The notes below the pieces were generated by a model. The model did not search any database and was not told the origin of the DNA. It saw nothing but the letters and a program-made list of their open reading frames with translations. Source: a virus (lineage: Duplodnaviria > Caudoviricetes). From it: a stretch of DNA of 64,000 nt. Positions within the stretch are counted from its first letter, which is position 1. Each line of letters begins with the position of its first letter. Below, one piece after another: positions 47,013 through 57,332 of the stretch. A program made the translations under genes and the position numbers. The stretch covers positions 32,001 to 96,000 of the IMG/VR virus record IMGVR_UViG_3300037454_000334; one strand, written 5' to 3'.

Positions 47013-47205
47013 GATGCACCTCCTCTCTAAGAATATATTCGGGGTACTTCGTCTCCAAATGCTCCTTCACCTGGTAGAACCAGCGGCGGGGGAGCAACGG
47101 CGAGGCGACAATCATCTGATAGAAGTCGGCCATCGCCTCGGCAGGCATCCGCATCAGGAAGTCGCCCTCCGGCGTGCGGTCTATGAAAATCTTGTCGTTT
47201 GCCAT
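47002..47205 (-). CDS. hypothetical protein
   Basis: 67-aa ORF. Confidence 0.6.
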   Translation of the reverse strand: MANDKIFIDRTPEGDFLMRMPAEAMADFYQMIVASPLLPRRWFYQVKEHLETKYPEYILREEVHHEQ

Positions 47206-47211
47206 AAGCCC

Positions 47212-47415
47212 CTAATCCTCTAAGTCCATGACACTCTGACGCAGGCCCTCGTCGCCGTCCTTCAGGGGAATACCCTTCGCCTTGAGCGCCTGGCGCACGT
47301 CGTCCTTCGTACAGCCGCAGAGCTTCATAATGTTACACACCTGCCACCCGTTCACCCAGCAACGCAGGATGCGAGATCTCAAATCACTCGAAATTTTTGG
47401 TTTTGAATACTGCAT
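47212..47415 (-). CDS. small HTH-like protein
   Basis: IMKLCGCTKDDVRQAL. Confidence 0.55.
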   Translation of the reverse strand: MQYSKPKISSDLRSRILRCWVNGWQVCNIMKLCGCTKDDVRQALKAKGIPLKDGDEGLRQSVMDLED

Positions 47416-47463
47416 AATCTCTAATTTTGAATTTGTTAAACTTATGTTCTTTTGTTCTTTTGT

Positions 47464-48231
47464 CTAAATCATCATCCGCAAATCATCGCCCTCGAAGTAG
47501 ACGCGGACCGTGTTGCCCACAAGGCGGCTGAATGTGCGCTGGTCGTAGCGGGCGGGAAGTATCTGTCCGTAGGTCGGACTGTCAGGGTCGTCATCCCTAC
47601 CGCCAAAGAGCTGTATCTGTGTCAGGTTCGTCGAGCATATCAGCAGCTTGTCGCGGTCGTTACAGAGGTCTACGAGCTCGGCGAAGTAGTTGTGCGTCTC
47701 ACCCCAGACCTTCGCAATCGGCTCGGTGCCCACATCGTCGACACATACTATCTTACAGCGCTCTATCTCCGACCAGCGGCTCTTCAGCTCCTTCGCCAGG
47801 AAGTAGTTGTAGACGGGATGGCCCATATTGCCGTCACGGAAGCGAACGTTGATGACCTCCTTGAACAGCACCGAGAGGACGTCACGGGTGATGATGGTCT
47901 TACCGCGCCCGCAGTCGCCGATACACATCAGACCCTTGCCCTGATTGTTAGAGAGCCAGTCGACGACACCCTCGTACTCCGGCAGCCACTGGGCCTGCGG
48001 ACCGATGGCGTAAGCCAGGCCACGCGCCAGCAGCTCGTCGGCGTTAGGCAGCGTCCAGCGGATCTTCGTATCACCCTTGAAGGTACCGTCGTGCTGGTAC
48101 TTGCGGATGACGTCGGCCATCAGACGGGTGCGGTCACGCTTCGCCTTCTGGGCCTCTGTCTCGGCACGCTTGCGCTCGTTCTCCTCGGCGGCCTCACGCA
48201 ACAGCCTCTCCTGCTCGGGTGATAAATCCAT
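47464..48231 (-). CDS. DnaC/IstB-like ATPase (helicase loader)
   Basis: Walker A GDCGRGKT, Walker B VCVDDVGTE, STNL, RYDQRTFSRL. Confidence 0.85.
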   Translation of the reverse strand: MDLSPEQERLLREAAEENERKRAETEAQKAKRDRTRLMADVIRKYQHDGTFKGDTKIRWTLPNADELLARGLAYAIGPQAQWLPEYEGVVDWLSNNQGKGLMCIGDCGRGKTIITRDVLSVLFKEVINVRFRDGNMGHPVYNYFLAKELKSRWSEIERCKIVCVDDVGTEPIAKVWGETHNYFAELVDLCNDRDKLLICSTNLTQIQLFGGRDDDPDSPTYGQILPARYDQRTFSRLVGNTVRVYFEGDDLRMMI

Positions 48232-48255
48232 ATCCTATATACGTGTATACGTGTA

Positions 48256-49407
48256 TTACCACTTATTCTTATACTTACCCTTCGACGGCTTCGTGGCGGG
48301 TGTCGGGTCGCCTGGCTTCGGACTGGTAAGGGGAGTGACAGTCTGTCCCCCACCCTGACGCTGCGCCACGGGACGGTCGCCATGTTCCTTACGGTAGGTC
48401 TCAAACGTCCTGAGCCTCGCCCGCCAGTCGCGGATGGGCTTGCCGTCCTTCAGTGTCCACCCTGACTGCTCGCAAGCGTCAAGGAATCCCTCCGCCGTGA
48501 CATACACGAACGGCTTGCCCTGCTGTGCCCGTTCGTCCATATAGGCCTGAATGTCCTCCAGTGTGGGTGGATTATCGGCAACAGAATTCTTCTTTTTGCC
48601 GTTTTTGGGCTCGCTGACGGGTTTTTGTGCGTCAGGTGTGGAATTTATCGTCTCTGGAGATTTCTCACGCTTAGAGGGGTCTTTTCCGCCCGCAGGGTTA
48701 TTTCCATCCGTTTTTTCATTTTTGCACGGCTTTTGCATCTGATTCGCATCCGGCGCGTCGCCCCCTACAACCCCTTTATTACCCTTATCCATATTATTAT
48801 TACTCATATTCTCAACGCTCAAAGTGCGCGTAGCGTGCGCGTGAGAAACATGTACTTTTCTATGCACTTTTTCCGTACCTTTTTCGGTACTTTTTTCTGC
48901 ACCATTATTTGCACCTTTATTTTCATTAAAATCATCGTCGCCTCTAAGGGCCATCGAGCCGCTTGCGGGATCGTCGAGAATGGTACCAACTGGGTCTCCG
49001 TCGTTATCAATGTCAGGCAACTCAAAACCATTATCTTTATACATGCGCGGCTGTACCAGCATGTCACCTTCAACCGTTATGATTCCATAGCGGTAGAGTT
49101 CCTGCAGACCACCCAGAATAGTAGCCGTCTTCCAAGGCAAATCGTTCTTCGACAGCATCTTCGCAAAATACTGCAAACGTGCCTGTTTATCGGGTGTTGC
49201 GAGGCATTGTTGGGTGCAACTTCGCTTCCATGTCGGGTGCGGATCCCAGTCGCGCAGACGGTAGGCACCAGGCATCGGCGGTTCGTTCAGTCGGCACAGC
49301 AGGAACAGGTAGACTCCAGCTGCCGATTCGGAGAGCGCTCGGCACCTCGGCGATGAGAGAATATCACGGGTGAACAGCTGGATGTAGGGGTTACGTTTTC
49401 GTCCCAT
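48256..49407 (-). CDS. phage replication initiator / replisome organiser
   Basis: PYIQLFTRD..S..CRALS..AAGVY N-terminus; internal 12-bp repeats (48860-48920); PPTLEDI..Y...GW...K.IRDW C-terminus; upstream of the loader. Confidence 0.75.
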   Translation of the reverse strand: MGRKRNPYIQLFTRDILSSPRCRALSESAAGVYLFLLCRLNEPPMPGAYRLRDWDPHPTWKRSCTQQCLATPDKQARLQYFAKMLSKNDLPWKTATILGGLQELYRYGIITVEGDMLVQPRMYKDNGFELPDIDNDGDPVGTILDDPASGSMALRGDDDFNENKGANNGAEKSTEKGTEKVHRKVHVSHAHATRTLSVENMSNNNMDKGNKGVVGGDAPDANQMQKPCKNEKTDGNNPAGGKDPSKREKSPETINSTPDAQKPVSEPKNGKKKNSVADNPPTLEDIQAYMDERAQQGKPFVYVTAEGFLDACEQSGWTLKDGKPIRDWRARLRTFETYRKEHGDRPVAQRQGGGQTVTPLTSPKPGDPTPATKPSKGKYKNKW

Positions 49408-49494
49408 AATCTATATCGTTTTAATCGTTTTCAGTCTTACGGAAGTGTGTCAAATCCCGTGCAGAATCCTGTGCAAAAATCGCGATAGGTTCGC

Positions 49495-49554
49495 ACATAG
49501 TTTGATACATAACTACGCACATAGTCTGATATATAGTTTGATACATAGTTTGCA
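49495..49554. repeat. five tandem 12-mers (ACATAGTTTGAT consensus)
   Basis: Direct reading; upstream of the initiator gene. Confidence 0.8.
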
Positions 49555-49692
49555 TCAAACTACATGCTTCACTACGCATCGTTTTCAGCGCAAAACTTGT
49601 GCATTTTACCGTGCAGTTTTGCGGATAACATGCAAAATCAGGGTAATTACAACCGTTATTATATATATAAAGGTGTACCATAAATACAGTGT

Positions 49693-50877
49693 TTATATCC
49701 GGTTCTTCTTCTTGTTCAGCTCGATCTTCTTCTTGTCGTCGTCGCTGATATGCTCAAGAAACGAGTGCTCGAACTGCAGGCCGTAGGCAGGCTTCGACAT
49801 ACCCTTCTTGATGAAGCGCGTATGCTGGCGTCGCATGGACTCCCGAAGCCTCGGGTCGATGATGACCGGGAAATTGTACTGCACGAAGAAGCGCTCGACA
49901 CTCTCGTTCTGCTTACGCTTGAAACCCTGTGAACGGGCGATGCGCTGGTCCTGATAGAACCACTGGGTATACTCATAGCAGAAGCGGTCGGTCAGCATGG
50001 CGGCGAACTTATACGCCGCGTCGTGCGACATCGAGTAGCAGGCGTTCGTGCGGTAGGTACGCTTGCCTATCCACACCTCACGCGGCATCTCGATGCAGAT
50101 ATAGTCGGAGGCGTTGTGGCGGTCCGACTTCTTCACACCCGTCAGCGTGGCGGTCTCGCTGCTGTCAGGCCACTTGGTCTGGTCACGGTTCATGATGAGC
50201 ATACTCCCGTCGGGGCACTTGCCCTTCAGGATGTTGTTCCACGCATGCTGCGAGTAGCACATACAAGTCTGGTTCTGCTCGGGGATGTTACGCAGCGTGT
50301 TGATCATCATCTGGTATTCATGGTCGAAGTCGGCGAACTTCACCGGCTCCCACTCCGTCAGCTGATGCTCCTCATCCCTGCCGCGCAGCCAGCAGGCCAC
50401 GTACCAGGGTATCTTCAGATAGATATTTGCCATAGGTTCTTGGTTTTCTTCTTCTCTTTTCTCTATATCGTTCAATGCCAGATGCCGCTCGTGACCCGTC
50501 AGGTTCAGGATATCGTCGACAGTGTAGCGCTCGATGCGGCTGACGTGGACATGCTGGCGAAGCCACCGCTCGATGACCAGCGCCAGCGAGTCGGCCGACG
50601 CCATCCTGGTGTCATAACCCTTGAAGACACAGCCGATGCGGTCCCACACCACACCCAGCCTGTAACGCGGCGGGTGCTGTTCAGTCAGATAGAAGTCACT
50701 CATCACGCCTGCCTTCGACAGATAGGTGAACAGCTGCTCCAGGAGCTCCGGGTCAGCCCCTGCGAAGATGATGGTCATCTCACCGACATCCTCCTGCCAG
50801 TCCTCCGCGAAGGCGATGTTGCGTGCAGGGTGAGCCGGAAAGTCTCCCTTGTGTCTTGTGTGATGCAGATACGGCAT
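49693..50877 (-). CDS. hypothetical protein
   Basis: 394-aa ORF. Confidence 0.75.
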   Translation of the reverse strand: MPYLHHTRHKGDFPAHPARNIAFAEDWQEDVGEMTIIFAGADPELLEQLFTYLSKAGVMSDFYLTEQHPPRYRLGVVWDRIGCVFKGYDTRMASADSLALVIERWLRQHVHVSRIERYTVDDILNLTGHERHLALNDIEKREEENQEPMANIYLKIPWYVACWLRGRDEEHQLTEWEPVKFADFDHEYQMMINTLRNIPEQNQTCMCYSQHAWNNILKGKCPDGSMLIMNRDQTKWPDSSETATLTGVKKSDRHNASDYICIEMPREVWIGKRTYRTNACYSMSHDAAYKFAAMLTDRFCYEYTQWFYQDQRIARSQGFKRKQNESVERFFVQYNFPVIIDPRLRESMRRQHTRFIKKGMSKPAYGLQFEHSFLEHISDDDKKKIELNKKKNRI

Positions 50878-51050
50878 CAATCGTTGATTCTGATGTTCGC
50901 TAAAGGTCCCGTCTGTCTACCACTCGAAACCGAATGGCCGCCAGCCGACGGGCTCTGGCACTTCTCCCCTGAGAGGCTTCAGCTCCCCGACGTCCATGTC
51001 CGGCATATCCGTCTTGGAGAACTCAATCTTGAAAGGCTCCTCGTCGACTA

Positions 51051-51608
51051 TCATCCCTGACGGTTGTCAGTGAAATACTCGACGACACTCTGTATGCCGG
51101 CACTCTCCCACTCCTTCCAGTCGTCGACCGAGAAGCGCTTCGAAACCGTGACATACGACTTCATACCACGGTCGGCCATGAACGCGCCGAACCGCTGGCG
51201 GTAGGCTATCTCACCGAGGAACCGCCAGAAGTCGCCTGGCTCATTCAGGTTGAACGAGTGCTCCTCGAACGACTGACCCTCGGCAGGCTTGGGCGGTATG
51301 CGGTAGAAATGGCGGAACACAGGAATGGCACCCTCGCTGTCGATTACCTTCTCACCCGTCTGCCGAACCTCGATGAAGATCTTCTCCTCGGTCAGCAGCC
51401 AGTTGATGAAGGCAATCTTCAGGGCCGAGATACCGTCAATCTCCCACTGAACGAACCCGTCCTGGAAGAAACGCTTGTAAGCGAAGTTCTCGCTGGAACC
51501 GAACTTCTGCATCACCTGGTAGAGCTCCTTCTTCTCGTCGGCAGACATGTCTGAAACCGCCAGAATCCCCTGTGGAATTAAGATTTTCTTAAATATTTCC
51601 TTTGTCAT
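51051..51608 (-). CDS. hypothetical protein
   Basis: ORF from MTKEIFKK, first gene of the leftward early unit. Confidence 0.75.
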   Translation of the reverse strand: MTKEIFKKILIPQGILAVSDMSADEKKELYQVMQKFGSSENFAYKRFFQDGFVQWEIDGISALKIAFINWLLTEEKIFIEVRQTGEKVIDSEGAIPVFRHFYRIPPKPAEGQSFEEHSFNLNEPGDFWRFLGEIAYRQRFGAFMADRGMKSYVTVSKRFSVDDWKEWESAGIQSVVEYFTDNRQG

Positions 51609-51721
51609 CTCACATATAATTTGTAAATTTGGGGGCAAAAATAAGAAATTTATTTCTAATTTGTATCATTACGATAATATCATTTTGATAATTTATATGT
51701 TTTTAAGATTTACGTGTATTT

Positions 51722-52276
51722 ATGGACTATCACTACAAGAAAGAATTCTTCCGGGACTGGTACGCCCGGAACAAAGGGAAAATCACAAAGAAGGAGATTC
51801 TTCAGGTCATCAGGACCACGAGTGCCAACAACCTGCAGATATGGATGCTGGAAAAGGAGCCCGCTCCGATGAAGGACGGACAGACCGACACCGGCGACCG
51901 CGACTGGCTGCCGCTGCGCTGCATACTCAGGCTGTGCTCACACTACGACCTGAAACTGTCGGACTTCATCGAGGGTGCCGAGGACATCAAACCGAAGCCA
52001 CGCAAGAAGGCGCAGGAAAACGCGGAGATAACCGAACTGCAGCTGAAACTGGCGGCGGCGAAACAGGAACTCGCAGAGGCCAAACTAGACTACGAGCGCG
52101 AGATCAACGCCATCCATGCCAAGTACTGCGAGCGCGAGGACAACATCCGCAAGGGCTACGACGAGACCATCCAGAAACTGATCAGCCGTGTGCCAGAACA
52201 GCAACAAAAGGAATGGCCGCACATGACGGTCAACGACGACGCCATATACGGCCAGACAGACGGAAAAAAGGGCTGA
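51722..52276 (+). CDS. putative HTH regulator with coiled coil
   Basis: Divergent gene; ILRLCSHYDLKLSDFI Xre-like helix. Confidence 0.6.
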   Translation: MDYHYKKEFFRDWYARNKGKITKKEILQVIRTTSANNLQIWMLEKEPAPMKDGQTDTGDRDWLPLRCILRLCSHYDLKLSDFIEGAEDIKPKPRKKAQENAEITELQLKLAAAKQELAEAKLDYEREINAIHAKYCEREDNIRKGYDETIQKLISRVPEQQQKEWPHMTVNDDAIYGQTDGKKG

Positions 52277-52311
52277 TAGACTGGCTTGAAAAGAAGGAAC
52301 CCAACTGACGC

Positions 52312-53088
52312 TCAGTTAGCCGCCCGCTTCTCTTCGCGCTCGGCCAGCGACTGGTTCATGCGGTACTGCTGCGGGGTAATCTCCTCCATACCCTTCGCAC
52401 GGCACGGATAGACACAGCCGATGTAATAGGTCGTCGAGCGCAGGAAGAACGTCGGTGTCGATTCCGATAGCCTGCCCTCCGGCAGTTCGGCACCGAGGAT
52501 ACGGTACAGCTGCTGCACGGTCATCACCGGCAGCTTTAATCGCTTCTGCTCGGCGATGATGGCCCGTCGCTGCTTACGAGAGGCCTGTATCGGTCGTCCC
52601 TGCGGGTCGGTCTGCTCACCGACGGGACGGAACGAGATCTTCGGCATCACGACCTTCTTCACAGTCTGGCCATCCTCCGTCGGCACACTGATCTCCTGAA
52701 TCTTGTCACGCAGATAGATAGTGTCCCACGAGTCCTTCATCTGATACTCACGGCTGGGTATCTCCACCGACTCGCGCACCGCCTCACAGGAAGGGACATA
52801 ATACTGGTCGCCGTCCAATACCATGAACTTGCGCCATAGTTTCTCGTCGACTTTCTCCCCTTTGGCAAACGCCACGCAGGCCACGCCTCCCGCAAAGAAC
52901 TGCGGATTGGAATAGAAATACTTCGCGCCGAACTTCTTACAGTAGTCGTCGGCTGCCTCCTCGCATTTCTGACAAGCGTGCCAGAAGCGGGTAATCGCCT
53001 TCCCCGTGGCTGATTCCGCTGCCACACGGTAATAATGGCGCACATCCTGACCCTGCACCTCGGCCTTCTTCGTTGTTGATGGTTTCAT
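52312..53088 (-). CDS. hypothetical protein
   Basis: 258-aa ORF. Confidence 0.75.
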   Translation of the reverse strand: MKPSTTKKAEVQGQDVRHYYRVAAESATGKAITRFWHACQKCEEAADDYCKKFGAKYFYSNPQFFAGGVACVAFAKGEKVDEKLWRKFMVLDGDQYYVPSCEAVRESVEIPSREYQMKDSWDTIYLRDKIQEISVPTEDGQTVKKVVMPKISFRPVGEQTDPQGRPIQASRKQRRAIIAEQKRLKLPVMTVQQLYRILGAELPEGRLSESTPTFFLRSTTYYIGCVYPCRAKGMEEITPQQYRMNQSLAEREEKRAAN

Positions 53089-53123
53089 AAAGTGATTGAC
53101 GATTTATTTCAATTTTAAATATA

Positions 53124-53810
53124 TTATGTTCTTATGTTCTTATGTCTAAAATATAAGAACGTGCCTGCTGCGATGGCGATGCCAACAAGGATGCCACGGA
53201 GCCACGCCCACGTCTTCTGCCACCAGGTCGGACCACCGTCCATGTTCGTCTGCTTCGTCTGGTCGAACTGCTGCGATAGTGAATCCCACAGGTGCGCCTC
53301 CATCTGCGTCAATCGGTCACTCCAGGTCGAATCCATCTGTGAGAGCGTCTTGTGCAGCTCGTTCTGCCAGCGCTCCTCGGTCTGCTGCCAGCGCTGCTGC
53401 TCCTGCTTCGATATCTCACGCTGAGTCGTGCGCTGTTCCTGGCGCATCTCACGACCAAGACTATCCACCCACGTCGTAATCGTCTCGGTGGTTGTCTCCT
53501 TCTGATGCTCCTGAGCTGCAAACTCCTGCATCGCCGCCCACACCGAGGCAGTCACGATGGAGTCGAGATCCACACTGGTCTGCTGATGGTGCCCGTCGTG
53601 CTTGGCCTCCGACGCCAGCGTGTCGGCATTCACCACATGCGTCTGATGCTCGTGGGTCTCCTTGTGCGACGCACAGCTACACGTTGATACCAGGAAGATC
53701 ATGACAAACACCCAGAATCCGACGATTCCGATAAACGTGCCGACGGTCGGCCACTCTATCTGACAGTTCGACCATCTGTCCTTGAAGGTTTTCAATAATG
53801 ACTGTTTCAT
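53124..53810 (-). CDS. spanin-like lipoprotein / membrane protein
   Basis: TM plus lipobox-like STCSC, coiled coil, C-terminal TM. Confidence 0.6.
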   Translation of the reverse strand: MKQSLLKTFKDRWSNCQIEWPTVGTFIGIVGFWVFVMIFLVSTCSCASHKETHEHQTHVVNADTLASEAKHDGHHQQTSVDLDSIVTASVWAAMQEFAAQEHQKETTTETITTWVDSLGREMRQEQRTTQREISKQEQQRWQQTEERWQNELHKTLSQMDSTWSDRLTQMEAHLWDSLSQQFDQTKQTNMDGGPTWWQKTWAWLRGILVGIAIAAGTFLYFRHKNIRT

Positions 53811-53837
53811 AACTTTGAATTGAATTGATTTCAACGA

Positions 53838-53871
53838 CAAAGTTAAATCTTAACGAAATAAAAAATGGGAC
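53838..53871 (-). promoter_or_regulatory. GTCCC-N21-TAACTTTG promoter
   Basis: Motif match. Confidence 0.75.
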
Positions 53872-53925
53872 GATTTCCGAACCTGTCAGAAATCATCCCA
53901 TCCGATAAGGGGTAAATCTATGTAA

Positions 53926-55422
53926 CTATTCAATAATGTCTTTCACAATCGCCGGAGCCAGCTTCGGTAAATCAAGCAATTGGCGTGCCTTCTCATAGAC
54001 GGGTTCCATAGTCTTCCCCGACCAAAACCGGGCGTCCTCCTTGTTGATAGTTACATAAAATTGCCCGTTGCGCAGACCATTGTATCTCGCCCGCTGTAAC
54101 AGTGACCTGACAGGCCTAGTGGTGTCCGATACCAGCTGCTGCCATTTGTCGGATGCCTCACCGGGGATATAGTCGGGCTCGTCCCTCACAAACAAGTCCT
54201 CCGACTGCTGCTCAGGCTGCCGGATGGCACCACGCTTACGCTCTACATCCCTGATATAATTCTCCATTATCGTCGTGGCATAAGCTACCACATTGTCAGG
54301 CTGCTTACGCTCCACAGCGTCACGGATATCATGGAAGCAATAACTCATGAATTCGTCCAGCTCCTCGTCCTGAATCCTCGCAACCAGTTCACGCAGGTCG
54401 TAAGCCCTGAAATCCCTGCACCAGTCGCACATCGTCCTCACCCACAGGTGGCGCTGCCTACTGATACGCTTCTCCGCATCATGCTCAAGAGCCAGCCGTT
54501 TCTTGATGATGGTAAACTGAATATGACTCGGATTGCCGCGCTTCCTGCCATTCTCATAGAGCGGCTCATACTCAAAGGTGATGTCAATCTGGTCATTGTC
54601 CGAAAACGTGTCAAGCTCCAGTTTCGCAGGGTCAAGGATCTGCGACTGCACCTTGTTCCATTTACGGAAGGGGTTCTCCCACTTCGTCAGCGCCTCCAGC
54701 CGCTCGTTGGCCTCCTTCTGCGTAATCTCCTTGTTCTTCAGCTGCTCGTTGATCTTGTTCAGACGGTCGGCACGGGCAGTCTCGTCGTCGATACCCAGGA
54801 ACTTACAGAAGTCCTTATAGTCCACCTTCTTGTGGCCCGCATCTTTGAACGATGCGAGGAAGGTGTAGATACGCGGTGTGCGCACCTTCTTCGATATCTG
54901 CGTGATTCTCGACAGATATTCCGTGTAACCCTTGTCCATCGACAGGAAGTCACGGATATTCTCATTGAGCATCACCACCTTCACCTTACCCGTCCGTCGG
55001 CTGTTGCCCATCGGCAGTTCCAGTCGGGCGAACAGCGGTGCCACCACGTAGTTCATCTTGTCCTTGTAGGCCTTCGGAAAACCGATGCGCTTGTTGGCCA
55101 GGTCCCTCAGCGCCTCTTCCAGATAGTCGTAGTGCTCAGGGATGATACCGAACTTCTTCGGCGATATCTCGATGGTCGTCGAGTCGCCCATCATCTCCGC
55201 ATCAGAGAACAGACTGGGAAACTGCTTACCGTCCTCCTTATCGTTGATTGAGCGCAGTATCTTGTCCTGCATCTCGTCGAGTACACCAGCCAGGATACGC
55301 TGCTGCAGTAACGAGAAGTCACCGCTGATCTGTGAATAGACCACCGGGTTGTAAAGCCACTCCTTCGGCAACAGACCAGTCTCCTGCTGCTCCTGTTCCT
55401 CGTTCTTCTTTTTCTTCGCCAT
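53926..55422 (-). CDS. plasmid replication initiator (Rep_3-like)
   Basis: FSLLQQRIL, RIYTFL, ILDPAKLELD, DITFEYEP...RGNP; flanked by iterons. Confidence 0.82.
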   Translation of the reverse strand: MAKKKKNEEQEQQETGLLPKEWLYNPVVYSQISGDFSLLQQRILAGVLDEMQDKILRSINDKEDGKQFPSLFSDAEMMGDSTTIEISPKKFGIIPEHYDYLEEALRDLANKRIGFPKAYKDKMNYVVAPLFARLELPMGNSRRTGKVKVVMLNENIRDFLSMDKGYTEYLSRITQISKKVRTPRIYTFLASFKDAGHKKVDYKDFCKFLGIDDETARADRLNKINEQLKNKEITQKEANERLEALTKWENPFRKWNKVQSQILDPAKLELDTFSDNDQIDITFEYEPLYENGRKRGNPSHIQFTIIKKRLALEHDAEKRISRQRHLWVRTMCDWCRDFRAYDLRELVARIQDEELDEFMSYCFHDIRDAVERKQPDNVVAYATTIMENYIRDVERKRGAIRQPEQQSEDLFVRDEPDYIPGEASDKWQQLVSDTTRPVRSLLQRARYNGLRNGQFYVTINKEDARFWSGKTMEPVYEKARQLLDLPKLAPAIVKDIIE

Positions 55423-55439
55423 ATACCTTTATATATATA

Positions 55440-55890
55440 GTTACATACTTTTACCCCTCACCTCAGACGTGATAGTTACACGTTTTTACCCCTTGGTGCT
55501 GGAGTCTGACAGTTACATGTTTTTACCCCTCATACGAAAATATCCATAGATTGTATCCGACAGTTACCGGGTTTCGCCCATATAGTTACGGTTACAGCCC
55601 GAACAGTTACATGAAATTGCCCCTTCCCATAACGTGAAAGCCCTCTGATGATGCGGGTTTCAGCCCGATTGGCCACACCCGTTAATTCTCTTAATAAAGA
55701 AAAGCTCTCTAAAAGACGATAGACTACCTTATATAAATTAAAGGAGTCATGTCGTCTAAGGGGTAAATCTATGTAACTAACGGGTTTCATCGTCGCACTT
55801 ATGAGGGGTAAATCCATGTAACAATACCTTTTCGTAGGTTAACCAGTTTATAGTTATGGCGACCTACGCTAAGGGGTAAATCTCTGTAAC
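55440..55890. repeat. iteron origin: 19-bp GTTACA-N5-TTTACCCCT-type repeats in two opposed arrays
   Basis: Direct copies at 55440, 55475, 55512; degenerate at 55563, 55606; inverted at 55759, 55804, 55872; one more at 53908. Confidence 0.88.
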
Positions 55891-56201
55891 TATTTCTTGA
55901 TTTCAATCTTCCCCTCCTGCACATCAAGCCAGAGTCCGATGGCCTGCACCACCATATCCTTCATCGTCTGTCGGCTTGTGGCACTGATCACCTTCAGCCT
56001 CACGTGCTGCGATGACGGAATCGGGATATTGATGTTCTGCGTCGGCTCCTGATACACCGACTGCTGTTCTGCATGCGCACCTGACCCCTTTGTGTCCGCA
56101 ATTTCCTTAAAGCCCTGTTCAATCTTCTGCTCCGTGTCCTTGACCAGCGTCTCCTGCAACTCTGCCAGGTTCCACTTATTGCCTTTCTTCTTCTCTGCCA
56201 T
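55890..56201 (-). CDS. small ParA partner (ribbon-helix-helix-like)
   Basis: NINIPIP..HVRLKV......MKDMVVQAI; directly after parA. Confidence 0.7.
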   Translation of the reverse strand: MAEKKKGNKWNLAELQETLVKDTEQKIEQGFKEIADTKGSGAHAEQQSVYQEPTQNINIPIPSSQHVRLKVISATSRQTMKDMVVQAIGLWLDVQEGKIEIKK

Positions 56202-56252
56202 AACAAAAATATTTTTATTAGTTTACTATTTTTCTACTTTAATAGTTCCAAA

Positions 56253-57056
56253 TCAGAATAGTTCCTTGCAAAGCGCTTCATAGGCATTGGCCGCTGGCGA
56301 CCATTGCTTATACTCATAGATATCCTGCTTCTTTGTCTGCGCTTCATTCACCTTCACGCTACGAGGGATCATCGTTTCACAGACATTATCCCCATACGCC
56401 TGGTGCAGATACTCCACAAACGACTTCACGATGTTCGGACGAGAGTCCACCATCACAGGCAGCAGACCTCGCAGTTCGAGCTGCGGGTTTAGTTCTCGCT
56501 TAACCCGTTCCATTTCCACAATAATCGGTGCCAGTCCTGATACGCTCAGTCCCTCCATCTGGACAGGAATCAACAATCCACTCGCCACCGCCATCGCATT
56601 ATAGGTACACATCGAGAGGGCAGGCGGACAGTCTATCAACACATAATCGAACCAATCGGGAATTGTAGTGATACCTTCGCCCGAGCAATCCTCCACCTCA
56701 CCAAGCACTAATTTCCGAAGCACCATATAAGGCTGCATCTGTGCCATCAGTTTCGGCTCGATCTTCTGTAAGGCAGGTGACGACGGCACGAAATAGATAC
56801 CACGGTCACTCTTATAGATTGGCAGCCTACCCTGCTCCGATGCCAGTGCATCCGTCACCGTCGGACTGTCACCATACGACGCACCAAAGCCCATCAGCTT
56901 CGACAGGTCGCCTTGTGGGTCTATATCCATCACGAGTATGCGCCAGTCCTTGCGGTAGCGCTTCATCGCTGCAGCCAGGCTCTGTACGGTGGTGGTCTTC
57001 CCTACTCCACCTTTGTTGTTGACAACGGCCAACACTTCTTTCAGTCTTGTTTCCAT
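56253..57056 (-). CDS. parA: ParA partition ATPase
   Basis: NNKGGVGKTTT, DIDPQG, LIDCPP, IPRSVKVNEAQ. Confidence 0.95.
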   Translation of the reverse strand: METRLKEVLAVVNNKGGVGKTTTVQSLAAAMKRYRKDWRILVMDIDPQGDLSKLMGFGASYGDSPTVTDALASEQGRLPIYKSDRGIYFVPSSPALQKIEPKLMAQMQPYMVLRKLVLGEVEDCSGEGITTIPDWFDYVLIDCPPALSMCTYNAMAVASGLLIPVQMEGLSVSGLAPIIVEMERVKRELNPQLELRGLLPVMVDSRPNIVKSFVEYLHQAYGDNVCETMIPRSVKVNEAQTKKQDIYEYKQWSPAANAYEALCKELF

Positions 57057-57099
57057 ATTCTTTTGAAGTCAATTAATGTCGTCACGTAAAAACGCTACA

Positions 57100-57330
57100 A
57101 AGATAATACAAATTATAAATATATATCTAATTATCTAACTATTTTATTTATTTCTCTAACATCATTTAACTATTTAGCTTCCTATATATCTTCCTATATA
57201 TCTTCTTAGATAACTATTTATCTATCTACTTATCTAACTATCTATATACCTTATATAATATATATAACTTAAATAACATTGATAACTAACTATTTATATA
57301 ACTATTTTATTAATAAAACTACAAAACTAT
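57100..57330. promoter_or_regulatory. very AT-rich region with TATCTAACTA / CTTCCTATATAT repeats (parS-like / par promoter)
   Basis: Degenerate short direct repeats upstream of parA. Confidence 0.45.
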
Positions 57331-57332
57331 TT

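Noticed and set aside
49421-49681. 86-aa ORF with MYQT repeats
   Set aside because: Translation of the 12-bp DNA repeats; more likely a cis element.
55530-55817. 95-aa ORF in the iteron region
   Set aside because: Overlaps origin repeats; no coding signature.
55440-55890. Possible CRISPR array
   Set aside because: Repeats are 19 bp, in both orientations and irregularly spaced next to a Rep gene; no cas genes. These are iterons.
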